Assembly (NCBI GenBank): GCA_050230475.1
Contig: JBFLGF010000079.1
Location: 62,001-93,407, forward strand
Length of the DNA stretch: 31,407 bases
Source of the DNA: Ancylonema sp.
Taxonomy: Eukaryota
Direction: 5' to 3'
Part shown: positions 8,719 through 21,057 of the stretch, piece by piece
Layout: each line of letters begins with the position of its first letter
Position numbering within the stretch: position 1 is the stretch's first letter
The notes under the pieces: generated by a model
The model's input: the letters and a program-made list of their open reading frames with translations, nothing else
Told to the model about the DNA's origin: nothing
The model's database searches: none
Program-made: the position numbers and the translations under genes

Positions 8719-11700
8719 ATGCCTGAACCAACAGGTGATGTGGTGGCCGATGCCGCTGACCATTTACGAGCCAGTGGCCACCATCCGACTGTCCAAATTG
8801 CCCTCGCCAATCTATCTCCTCACGAAGCCCCTTTCCACTCAGGTATTTCGCTCTTCGCCTCGTTTCACATCAAGTGATTGTTCCACTCAGAAGCATTCGG
8901 TAGCATCTGTCGCAATTATAATTACACCCAAATTATCATTGTCTCGCAACAATTGAAGTGCTTTTTGTGTTACAATGCGAAAGATATGGAGGTCTCTGAT
9001 ACTCGAAAAGCTGCCCATCTCTCTCTGCACATCTGTCTAAATGATCGATCACTGCAGGAAACGTCGTGTAAATTGTTGGATATTGTCAGGTGGGAAACGA
9101 GTACTTGGCGTGGGATCAGTCGTCTTTGTCCGCGAATTGAGTCCATCTGCATGAACTTGTGTCCGCAGCTGCTGGAGAGCAGGACGATGAGGAGCTGAAG
9201 TGGGCTGCCCTTGAGCGGCTTCCAACATTTGAGCGCCTGAAGACTGCTATTATCAATAGGGTACGTTGTTGCGGTCTGTTTTGACCGGAAATGGTGCCAG
9301 TCGCATTCCCGTTTGTCGGCATTCTCTCTTGTTTCGGTTATAATTATTTCAACATATCTTATATATCTTATATATGTAAGACCAATGCGACCCGTGAAAG
9401 AGATATTAGTATGGATTGGTTTGTACAACATTATTAATGTGCAATGTTTGACATTCTTGAACAGCTTTGGTAAAGTCATCTTTGATTTTGAGATCCAGTT
9501 TTCTCCTGCTCGGCTCAACAGTATGCCCCTTGAAGGAGCCTAGCCAGATGATGGAGGAAATTCTGACACGATTCGCAAGGCAGAGCACTACAGCCATGTG
9601 GCATCTGGACCCTGATGTGGGACTTCACTTTCGGCACAGGTGTTGGAGGATGGGTCTATTTTTCCCAGCGAGGTGAATGTTGCCAACTTGACCAATGCGG
9701 AGCGCACTAAGCTGGTGGAGCTGGCACTGGAAACGCATGATCAGGACAATGAGATTTTACTCAGGAAGATGCGGGAGCGAATGGACAGGTATAACATTTA
9801 CCAGGTATCTGCAAAGAATGTCCAATAATGAGGTGTACTGCCAGAGTGACGTTGGTGGTTAGATGTGTGTCCTACAGTGACATCTGTGTCGGTGGCCTCA
9901 GACAAATTAGTTGTTCGAGCGTTGTCTATATTTTTCCCTGGTGGAATCAGATCTCCATGTGCGATGTCCCATTCGATTTAAAAGACTGATGTCCCAACTG
10001 TGTGTGCACTGTCCGGTCGCTGTTGAGGAAAGGTAAGAGCCACGGATTTAGGATGTGGTGTCTGGGAGAGGGTGATGGATTTGGTCCAACCACAGATATC
10101 CCAATTCGGGTTCGCAGAGTTGGTGTGGACTTTCCGACAGTGGAGGTTCGGTTCGACAACATCAACATCGAAGCTGGAGTGTATGTGGGAAACCGTGCTC
10201 TGCCCACTCTCATCAACTACACCCGGAATGTGGTCGATGTAAGTCCGGGATACAAAGTGCCAATGTCACCTCTATAATGGGATCCAAATGGAGGATGGGA
10301 ACTGGTGCTCCTGTATGGCAGTAAATGGCCTCAGTAGTGCTCACAGGAGTATGAGAGGCATGACTGGGGTGGAGCGCATGTGAGCGGGAACTGAAAAGTG
10401 TGTTGTCGGGTGTGGCAGTCGATCTTGGTGTCCCTGAGGTTGGTTCCAGACAGCCGCCGCCGCTTCCCCATTCTGCACAACGTGCGCGGGGTGTTGAAGC
10501 CTGGCAGGTACGCCTGCCTCTGCTCAGTTGCAGGTGGCGTGGGGTCGGTAGAGGGTGGAAAGGGCTCAGGATGGCTTGATGAGCGGTGAGAGGATTGAAA
10601 AAGTTGGGTGAGAGGAGATGGAAATGGACAAATGTATGCAATGATCTGAATGGGTGGTCTGAGTGGTGTTGAGCTGTCAGGATGACTCTGCTGTTGGGTC
10701 CTCCTGGTGCTGGAAAGTCAACACTTATGAAGACGCTGGCGGGACAGATGGACAAAGACCTCAAGGTAGCAAACACTTCACCTTCACTTTCCCTCCATTT
10801 CTCAAAGGCTTCACCCCTGGAAGCGGCGGTGGATGTGTGACTACCTTGAAAGGGCATTCAACTTTCTTCTCACCTCCTGCGGCTTGCTGCTGTGTGCAGT
10901 TCGAAGGCAGCATCACATACAACGGCCATGAGATGCACGAGTTCATTCCCGTGCGCACGGCCGCCTACGTGCCTCAGGATGACGTGCACATCGGGGAGAT
11001 GACGGTGCGGGAGACACTGGACTTCTCTGCTCGGGTGCAGGGAGCTGGGTTCAGAGCCGGTGAGTGCTGCAGGGTCTGCTCTGGAGGGACGGGGGGTCTG
11101 AGTGGGTGTGGATTGGGTGTGGGGAGTTCAGACATGGGCTGTGAGCTGGAGAGGCGGGAGAAGGAAGGCGGCATCAAACCGGATGCCACTATGGATGCCT
11201 TTGTGAAAGGGTTGCGCGTGGAAGGGAATGGCACCAACCTCAGCACAGACTAGATCCTCAAGGTAACCACTCCCCACACACGCTGCCACTGAGATCCACA
11301 CGTGTGCCCACACTGTCTGCAAGGTTTGGCAACCAATGATTCAGACCCCGCACAGCCTCTGTCCCCTGACCTGTACATGGTACATGGCACATGGTTGAGT
11401 GGTTCCAGGTGGTGGGTCTGGACGTGTGTGCGGACACTCTGGTGGGCAACGACATGATTCGCGGGATCTCCGGAGGGCAGAAGAAGCGGGTGACGACGGG
11501 GGAGATGATTGTGGGCCCCAAGCAAGTTCTGTTTGCGGACGAGATTTCCACAGGCCTCGACTCCTCCACCACCTTCAACATCACCAAGTGCCTGCGCAAC
11601 TTCACGCACTTCCAGAGCGCCACCGTGCTGGTCGCGCTGCTGCAGCCTGCTCCAGAGACGTACAACCTTTTCGACGACGTGCTTTTGCTGGCAGAGGGCC

Positions 11701-14700
11701 ACGTGGTGTTCCACGGCCCGCTGCCCCAAATCGTGTCTTTCTTCGAGACTCAAGGCTTCTACTGCCCAGACCGGAAGGGAGTGGCGGATTTCTTGCAGGA
11801 GGTGACTTCGGTCAAGGACCAGGAGCAGTACTGGCGGCGGGACAGCCCGTACCGCTACGTGCCTGTGGCCGCCTTCAGCGAAGCCTTTGGCGCCACCAAA
11901 CTCGGGCAGGAAACGAGCAGCACCCTCGACACCCGCCTTTGTGAAGGAGAAGAGCCACCCTGCAGCTCTGGTCCCCCCATCCCAGCGCTTTGGCCTCCAG
12001 CGGCAGCAGCTGTTCAAGGCGCTGTTCGAGCGGGAGTGGCTCCTCATGAAGCGCAACAGCTCCCTGTACATTGCGCAGACCATAAACAACGTGATCGCGG
12101 CACTCATCACAGCCACTGTCTTCTTCCGCACCACCCTCAACTCGAACAGCATCGTGGACGGCAACTCGTACCTGGGCGCCATCTTCTTCGCCCTCATCAG
12201 CATGCTCTTCAACGGCTTTGCGGAGATGTCTCTCCTGGTGATGCGCCTCCCCGTGTTCTACAAGCAGCGCGACCAGTTCCTGTTCCCGGCGTGGGCGTAC
12301 GCCATCCCCATGTGGAGTCTGTCCATCCCCTTCTCCCTCTGGACCTCCATGGTGTGGTGTGTGCTCACCTACTACGTCATCGGCTTCTCCCCTGACCCGG
12401 AACGCTTCTTCAAGCAGTGGCTGGCGCTGTTCCTCATCCACCAGGTGGCCATCGCCATGTTCCGCAACATCGGGGGGGTGGGTCGCACCATGGTGGTCTC
12501 CAACACCTTTGGCGCGTTCACGCTGATCGTGCTGTTCTGCCTGGGCGGGTTTGTGATCGCGAAGAACGACATCCCCGTGTACTGGATCTGGGGCTTCTGG
12601 ATATCCCCTCTGGCCTACGGAGAGAACGCGCTCACCAACAACGAATTCACCGCTCCTCGCTGGCAATCGGTATGCCCCACCTCCGCCAGGGTTCAGGGTT
12701 CAGGGTTCAGGGTTCAGGGTTCAGGGTTCAGGGTCGAGGATTGAGGGCCTTGGAGTGATGTGCGTCTGTCTTGTGTCCTCTCCAGGCTGTGGCCCCCGTC
12801 TGTGACGCCACCTCCACCCGGGGCAGACGTTTGGAAGCTTCATCCTGTCGGAGCGATCTCTGTTCCAGGACCCTTCCTTTTACTGGATCGGAGTTGGGAC
12901 TCTGGCGGCGTACACCCTCCTCTTCAACCTCTGTCTGGCCACCTTGGTGCTTCGCTTCCTGAACCCTATGGGCCAGCCGCAGCCTGTCATATCCGAGGAC
13001 TCTATTCAGGATCGCCACGCTGCGCGCACGGGAGAGATGGCGGGGAAGTCCAGGGGGGGCTCATCGCGTGCATCCAAGAGGGCTTCTGGCATGGGGGGTG
13101 GGCTGGACAAATTCCGTGGCAGCAGTGGTGAGTGCCGCACCTTCAGCCTGTGAAAACACAGAATCCTGGAACCTTGGAGTTGTGGACAATGAATGGAAAG
13201 CTGATTCGCGTGCGTGGGCTGGTGTCCTGCAGTGTCGGTGCATGTGCCCAGCCGTGGGCCCAGTGTGAGCCTGGAGGGTGGTGAGAAGGATGATGCGGCT
13301 GTGATGGCGGGCGACCTGGTGGAGGGGGGAGACATGTCCCGCAAGGGGATGGTGCTCCCCTTCGAGCCCCTCTCCCTCTCCTTCCACAACGTTAACTACT
13401 ACGTGGACATGCCCGCGGAGATGAAGGTGGCAGGGTCCTCCGAGGACCGCCTGCAGCTGCTCCGCAACGTCTCTGGCGCTTTCCGCCCCAAGGTTCTGAC
13501 AGCTCTGGTGGGCGTGTCTGGAGCCGGGAAGACCACCCTCATGGACGTGCTGGCAGGGCGGACAACAGGCGGGTATATCGAGGGGGACGTGCGCGTGTCT
13601 GGCTACCCCAAGGTCCAGGAAACGTTCAAGCGCATTGCTGGGTACTGCGAGCAGAATGACATCCACTCCCCGCAAGTCACAGTGCACGAATCGCTCCTCT
13701 ACTCCGCGTGGCTGCGGTTGCCGGCGGCCATCGATGAGGAGACGAGGGAGGAGTTTGTGGAGGAGGTCATGGAGCTGGTGGAGCTGGACACACTGAGGGG
13801 GGCGCTGGTGGGGATGCCAGGTGTCACAGGCCTATCCACAGAGCAGCGCAAGAGACTGACCATCGCGGTGGAGCTGGTGGCCAACCCCTCCATCATCTTC
13901 ATGGATGAGCCCACCTCAGGACTGGACGCTCGAGCTGCCGCCATTGTGATGCGCGCCGTGCGCAACACGGTGGACACGGGGCGCACCGTGGTGTGCACCA
14001 TCCATCAGCCCAGCATCGATATTTTCGAGACGTTCGACGAGCTGCTCCTGATGAAGCGCGGCGGGCAGGTGATCTACATGGGCCCTCTGGGGATCAACTC
14101 CCAGATCATGGTCGACTACTTTCAGTCGGTGGAGGGCGTGCCCAGCATCACGGACGGCTACAACCCTGCCACCTGGATGCTGGAAGTGTCCGCCCCAGCT
14201 GCGGCAGAGAAACTGGGAGTGGACTGTGCGGACGTGTTTGCCAAGTCGGAGCGCCACCGCCTCAACGAGGAGCTCATCAACTCTCTCAAAACCCCCCCAG
14301 AAGGTCACGCAGACCTGTACTACGAGTCGCAGTACAGCACGGGCGGGTGGACGCAGTTCTACGCGTGCCTGTGGAAGCGCAGCCGCATGTACTGGCGGGC
14401 ACCCGACTACAACGTGGTGCGCTACTTCTTCTGCATCGTCATAGGCCTGTTGCTCGGCTCTGTGTTCTTCGGTCTGGGCATCAAGCGCGGGCAGCAGCAG
14501 AACGTGCTGAACGTCATGGGGGCGTTGTACACTGCCTCCCTCTTCCTGGGGTGGAACAATGCGGCCTCCGTGCAGCCCATTATTGGCGTGGAGCGCACGG
14601 TGATGTACCGCGAGAGGGCAGCGGGGCTCTACGCAGGCATGCCCTACGCGCTGGCGCAGGGGGTGATCGAGATCCCGTATGTGTTTGTGCAGACCATTCT

Positions 14701-15462
14701 GTACAGCTTGATCACGTACGCCTTGATCCACTTTGAGTGGACGGCTCCCAAGTTCTTTTGGTACACGCTGTACATGTTCCTCACCCTCCTCTACTTCACG
14801 TACTACGGCATGATGGCCATTGCCATCACGCCCAACCAGCAGCTGGCCATGGTGGTCTCCTCCTTCTTCTTCTCCCTCTGGAATCTCTTCTCAGGCTTCC
14901 TCATCACCCGCCCTGTGAGCCCCCCCCTCCTCACCACTCGGATGCTTCGATGAGTTGGTTGAGCACTGAGGTTGCTGGGGCCGACTGTGGCCATTCTGTT
15001 CGCCTTTGTGTGTATGTTTTTTGTGGTGTTCGCGTAGTGGTTGAGTGATTGAGTGATTGAGTGCGGTGGATGGGGTGTTGCAGAACATTCCTGCCTGGTG
15101 GCGCTGGTTCTACTTCATCAACCCTGTGGCCTGGACCCTCTACGGCCTCGTCACCTCTCAGGTGGGCAGAATGCACTGCCACCGTGTATCCTTGCGTGCA
15201 TAGCACACCTTGTTGCGCACTTGAGTCGAGTTGCCTGTGGTGACCATTTGGGGATGGGATGGTGCAGTTGGGAGACGTGGAGACTACCATCTCCCAGCCT
15301 GGGGTGTCTCCGGATCAGTCCGTCAGCGTGTACATTCACGACTACTTTGGATATGACCAGAGTATGCTGGGCCCGATTGTGGCCATTCTGTTTGCCTTTG
15401 TGATCATGTTTTGTGTGGTATTCGCGTATGCCATTCAGAAAATCAACTTCCAAGTGAGGTAG
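8719..15462 (+). pseudogene. Full-size ABCG / pleiotropic drug resistance (PDR) transporter with disabling lesions
   Basis: Spliced model: 8719-8842 (GCCACCATG; start tentative), 9169-9260 (DDEELKWAALERLPTF), 9640-9788, 10118-10238, 10419-10507, 10681-10765 (Walker [10 protein letters not shown]), 10900-11059, ~11132-11262, 11409-12669 ([26 protein letters not shown]), 12786-13127, 13233-14914 ([51 protein letters not shown]), 15084-15161, 15268-15462 (KINFQVR*). In-frame TAG at 11251-11253 (TD*ILK for the usual TDYILK), +1 frameshift near 11935, possible -1 frameshift near 12817-12820. Confidence 0.9.
12687..12734 (+). repeat. Telomere-like heptamer array (TTCAGGG)n, ~7 copies, inside an ABCG intron
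   Basis: CAGGGTT x6 plus CAGGGT, starting 17 nt after the GT donor at 12670. Confidence 0.9.
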
Positions 15463-16488
15463 AACAAGGTGGTGGTGATTTCACTTTGTTAAGCTTGGAA
15501 AAGAAGAGCGAAGAGGTGGGGCGCATTTGGTTCAAGGAATCGAGTACCTCGCAGCAGAAGTAAATTGGAAATACAGTGTGGAGCATTGATAGCTGATCAG
15601 AGTGTCGTGGAGATGTGGCATGTTTTTATCGATATGCATGGGTTGAAGAGAATAATACCTTCGTAATTAAACACATGCAATGTGTAGATCATGTTGTTGC
15701 GGACGAATTGTAACTTATCCCCCCAGATTGTTTATGGTTTGGGAGATGATACGTGACATTTGCATATTGTCAACTTATGTCGATCGAAGAGTGAACCTGC
15801 GGCACAGCATCAATCTCTCTCTCACGGAAAAAATGGAAATGACAAGTATTCTACACAAGAAAGTGAAAATAGTCGCCACGCCATCAACAACAATTCAAGC
15901 TTTCGTGTCATCATCTTGGTGCATTACTGCCATGAACTACATGCGGTGTGACTGGCTGGGCATCACAAACCGAATAATGTTCCTCTTGTAGGCCAAATCA
16001 TCTCTGGACAAACATCTAGCTTATACTCGATTGCTGTTGTAAGCAATGTACATGTTTCATGTGACATAGTTACGAAGTAACATGTTGCAAAACCAGAAGT
16101 ATGAATCAAATAACAAGAAACGAACAATGTGCATCTAAACTCTACTAGCGTCGGGTATGTGTATGTTCCGAGGAATGACTCATGCGTCTCGAGTGTGAAG
16201 TGTGATACCAATACAGCGCCTTGTAACTACCTTTGGCAACAATCGCCTTGCTTCCTTCCACATGGAGTGCACCCATTCCTCCGAGTGGGTACCACTGCCA
16301 CCACTTTGTCCTCTCGTACCCCGCCCCTTGCCACATCCCCCCTACACCTCATCCTCTACTCTTTGACGAATCGCTCTCGCCGGTCGCTGCCCTGCCTCCC
16401 CTGCCTCTCTGCCCTCTCTGGCGTGCACGTCTTTGTACCCACCTCCAGACGTCGCCCTTGTCCCCCCAGCCACCGACACACCTCTCCC

Positions 16489-19400
16489 TCATCCCATCTG
16501 CGACCGTCCGTGGCGGTAGGGGGAGGAGGGAAAGGTGGCTGCGTCCAACCCCGTGCCCATGGAGGGGTGGCGGGTATTGGACTCGCCCTCCCCCCGCCCT
16601 GTGAAGCAGTATACATTCACTTTGGTGCGCCGCAGCTCTCCTGGCAGCAGTTCCATGCTCAGCGCCTCCGCCATTTGCTGCAACCCCCCCCCCCACCCCA
16701 TCACTCCCTGTACCCCTTGACCACTGGACCACTGTTTTTGAGGGGGTTGGGCACCTCACCTTGAGCTGCGAGGCTGTTTGCGGCTGGCCATCCCCATGCC
16801 CCGCGCTGTCGCTCCTGCGGGAGGAGCGGTCGCCGTCGGGGTCCGCCAGGTGGTGGAGGCCCTCCATGGTGCGCTCCAGCAGCATGGCGCGCAGCTCATC
16901 CACGATGTCCTTCAGGGGCTGCGAGTCGAAGGGGTGCAGCACCGTCTCGAAGTAGTCCAGCTCCAGTGACAGCTGGCAGAAGGCGTTGGCGTCCAGCTGC
17001 TGCAGGTCGTGGTGCTGCAGCGCCACCTGGTGCAGCGCGTCCATCAGCCCGTCTGCCAGCATGTTGATGGCGCGCTCTACAAAGGGGCGGCAGCCCGCGT
17101 ACACCTCCGCGTGCACCGCCACCAGGGGGTGCATCAGCTCCAGCGCCGAGTCGCGCAGCCCCTTCACAGGCGGAGCGGTTACCCATGAGGTGCCGTCCTC
17201 CAGAAAGTATTTGATGACGGCCATGCCCAGGTGCCCCGCCTTGATGTCCACGTACTTGTCACCCACCGCTGTCTCCAGCGCCACAAACTGCTTCTCCACC
17301 TCGCTCACCATCTGTTCCACCTCCCGACTGTCCTCCCCCTCCACCCACAGCTGCCGGTAGCGCTCCAGACGCTGCGGACAGATGGCGGTGCGGCAGAACC
17401 CCGCGTTGCTCAGCAGCATCAGGATGCGCTGGTCGACGCTGGACCCCTGGACGCCTGCCTGGAGGCCCGCGTAGGCGCCAGCTGCTGCATCCCCGTTGGC
17501 AGCGGCTGCCTGCGCTGGGTCTCCGGAGGCATCCTCTCCCCCCTCCTGCCCCACCCCCGGCGCCAGGGGCAGCTGTATTGCCATCTTCTCGAGGCAGTGG
17601 CAGAAGTCGGAGAAGGAGTCCGAGAAGGTCGTTTTCATGCTGTCCAGCAGCGAGTGCAGCCCCTGCGTGTGCGCCTGGGGGTCGTCCTCCCGCATCCCTA
17701 TCAGGACGTCGCGCATGTGGTCGAGCGCGTTCCCGAGGGCATCGCGGAAGTGGAGGGGGTAGGCAGAGATGGCGTACGGCGTCTCCCCCCGTTCCGCGGT
17801 GGCCGCAGGCACCCACTCCGCCCCGCCTGCCAGCTCCACCGCCGCTCCCCGGGTGATGTAGCACACGCGGCGCACAAAGCGGCGGGTGACTTCCAGGCGC
17901 AGGTGCTGCAGGGCAGTGAGGGCCTGGGGGGGCGCAGAGTCGCGCTGCTTGAGGGTGTGGCAGAGGTGGGCCACCTGCGCCACTGCCGCTTTCAGGTACG
18001 GCCGCAGCTCCACTGCGTGCTCCAGCTGCGTGAGGGCTTGCACCACCTTGGTCTCATACACCCCGATCATGCCCACCACCATCACCGCCACCTCCTCCGT
18101 GCTGTGCTTCATGTACCCCTTGGTGCTCTCAAACGCGCCAAACTTCCCGCCAAAGATGGCCAGCGCCAGCTTCCAGAATCGCGGCAGGTGCTGCGTCAGA
18201 ACCGCAGTGAGGCGCTTGATGAGGCGCGCGCACAGCTGGTCCGCCTCCACGTCGTGCGCCACCTCTTGCGCGGAGTCGAGCAGAGAGGCGTTGGTGGCGA
18301 GCAGCAGGGTGAGGTCCACCTCGGACCCCGCCACAGATTCCATCTGGATGTGCTTCCAGCGGTGGCTGGCGTGCTGCTTCTCCCGCGACTTCTGGTGGAG
18401 GGCGTCCAGGCGCTGCTCGTGCTCTACGGCGCACCCCTCCAGCAAACCGCGGATGCGGCGGTCCTGCACAGCCAGGTAGTGCCAGATGGGGTCCGACTCC
18501 GCGTCCAGCTCCAGCAGCAGCCGGATCTTGTTCTCCACCTCTGGCAGCTCCGCCTCTGGGTCCGCCATCTGCGAGTACAGCACCTCCTTGAACTCCCCCA
18601 CCACCTTCGCCACCTCCTCCAGGACTCGCTTCAAAATGCCAGACTGCAGGCAGGGCTGGGCAAGGCAGTGGGGCGTGAGGTGGGAGGGAGAGAGGGGTGG
18701 TGGGGGGATGGGGGGGGGCGCTGACGTGGGGAGGGAAGTTGAGGGACTTCGCTTTGACAGCCTCGTGCACCGCGCTGTCGTATTCCCCCTTGCGGACGAA
18801 CCCGCGGATGACACTTGGCAGGTTGAAGAGGGTGCGGAAGCGCTGCAGCAGGCCCTGCACAGAGCGGATGCGCTCCACCTGCGCCTGCCGCTCCAGCAGC
18901 GGACTGAACGCCCGCCTGCCCACCTCGTCGCAGTCGCGCAGGGAGTCGCTCACCCTCTCCGTGCCAGACCCCGCCATGTCCGCCTCCATCTGCTCCAGGC
19001 GGCTGTGGATGTCCTGGATCGAGTTCTTGGCGGAGATGAAGACGTCAAAGTGGTCCTTGATCAGCTGCTTGCGCTGCTCCTCGTGGGAGGAGTGGTCTCG
19101 CTGCAGCACCTGCCGCCCCTTCTCCAGCTCCGCCGCCCCTGTCTCCTTGTGGATGCGCGCCGGGTAGTAGCGCCCGCTGCACTTTTGGTCCGAGTATATG
19201 ATCTTCTCCACAGCCGCTTGCAAGTCGGCTGGGGGCGTCCCCCCCCGGCTGCTGTTGCGCCTGAGCGCCACAGTCTTGAGGTCCACGGGACCGAGGCCCA
19301 GGGGGTCCAGCAGCTCCCTCGCCTCCACTTCCACTCCCTCACCGACGCGCCGCAGAGAGGGGGCGGAGGGGGCAGACCCACGCGGCAACCGCATCTCCCG

Positions 19401-20210
19401 TACCTTGCGCACCAACTGCACCCGCTCGACCACCGCCCTGTTCAATAGACGCCCCCCACCACCCACTGTTGCTGCGGGACCTACCTCTTGCTCATCCACT
19501 TCCTCCCAGAGCTCGGGTTCCCCACTGTTCTCCGACACCGGCTCTGGCTCGACTGCCCCTCGAATGGACAACATGGACGACTGGCGGACAGTGGGGGGAG
19601 CTCGGGCGGCAGCCTGCCCACGCATCACACGTGTCTCTTGCCGTTCTAAAGCAGCCTGGAGGGGGGCGGTGGGGGGGAGTATGGGCATAAGGGAGGAGAG
19701 TGAAGGTCCCGTTCTGAAACAACTTACTCTTCGTGTGGGCTCCACCTCATCCTCAGAGGACATCCCGACCGATTCTTCGTCACTGTCATCATCATCCTCC
19801 CCTCCACCGCCGCTTGACTTGGAAGGCAGCTGTGGCAGAGGCGGTGATAATTTTGGCACAGCAACCGCCGCGGGAACCGGTATCGCAGTTTTGAGCGGGA
19901 GGGCAGGGGGCTTTGATGTGCTTCCGCCCCCTGGCCCCTTCGAACTCGAACTCTTGCTTGATTTCCTTCCAACTGTCCCAGTGATTCCACGGAGCTTTCC
20001 TAGATACCCCCCCTGCTTTTTATCGGGAGTGGGTCGCGGAGGGGAGTCGTCTCGAACGTCTAGTTTCGCCATCTGGTGACGGAAAAATTCATCCTCCTCC
20101 AGTTCCTGCGCGCTCTCACCTCCACCTTTTCCTTTCTTTACAATGTCTTGGTTTCCTTCCAAACGCGCCATTTGACTGCGGAAGAAGGCCTCCTCCTCAT
20201 CGTCGCTCAT
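16489..20210 (-). CDS. SEC5: Exocyst component SEC5/EXOC2, copy 2; intact frame, ~1138 aa
   Basis: Exons 20210-19728, 19655-19485, 19415-18726, 18643-16760, 16677-16489. All four introns are GT-AG and phase 0 (72, 69, 82, 82 nt). Sec5 motifs as in copy 1 plus C-terminal ELRRTKVNVYCF. The stop at 16489 is tentative because a further small 3' exon is not excluded. Confidence 0.9.
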
Positions 20211-20429
20211 CGTGGCAGGTCAGGGGGTATGCCAATGCAAAGGAAAGTACGTGATGATGATTGCAATGCGATGCTGAATATCCTCATCGTCCTGAATATT
20301 TTTTGTACTTTATCCGTACTACTCATGATGTTGACTGACTGACATGACAGTGCCGGTGTCAGAAGTGTGCAGAATCTGCTCCATAAATTGCCTACTTAGA
20401 CTGTAACTTCGTGTTCTGATTTCACATAT

Positions 20430-21057
20430 TTTCTGGACGCCTCGTCCTCCGAAACTACCCCTTCTTCTCCCTCTGAAACTTCCATGGCCTCTAGCAGTTT
20501 GATAGTAACTTTCTCCACCCACGGCTGACGCCCCGCTCTGAACGGTTCTCCTTTTCCGTTGTCTCAATGTCATACATCCTGTCCCATACATACTCTATCC
20601 CAGGTGCTGGAGTCTGTGCGAAATAAGACTCGCTTAGAATGTCGTACTTCTCTGGCAGGGCATTCAAAAGTGTCTTAAGTCTGTCTCCTGCATCTACCAC
20701 CCCCCCTTTAACAGTGACCTTTCTTAGTGACTCATTGTATTTCTGCTTGATGTTCAGAAACGTCTCCTCCTCGGTGATAACGAAAGTTAGGAACTCCTTT
20801 CTTGCAGCAATCTGCTCGGGTGTAACTGTATTGTAATCCACAGCGAGTTGCGCCCACATGTGAACAGGATTCCTCTCGTGGACATCTAAACTCATGACGA
20901 TGACTGTCGGCTCTAAGGTCAGAGCACTGTCTGACTTGGACTCGGACGCAACGTCCACTGCCAGCGTCTCCGCCTCCGCCTCTGCCTCCGCTGAGCGTAT
21001 CAATGTCGCAAAGTAACTCTCGTCCTCCATGCGCTTTCTGTGGTGAGACCAACTCAA
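20430..21057 (-). mobile_element. Degenerate Ty1/copia-type gag fragment
   Basis: ORF 20491-21057 contains MWAQLAVDY...RKEFLTF...LKTLLNALPEKYDIL, resembling the copia gag (UBN2/Retrotran_gag_2) pattern. After a frameshift there is an RG-rich stretch (RGHGSFRGRRRGSFGGRG). No pol or LTR recognised. Confidence 0.7.

Noticed and set aside
11251..11253. In-frame TAG as evidence of stop-codon reassignment or read-through
   Set aside because: Single case at a Tyr position one mutation from TAC/TAT. The same gene ends in TAG and also carries a frameshift, so a nonsense mutation is simpler.
18129..20210. 693-aa ORF as a complete intronless protein (also 23437-25518)
   Set aside because: It reads through two stop-free introns of 72 and 69 nt and leaves frame at intron 3. 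It is the 5' part of spliced SEC5.
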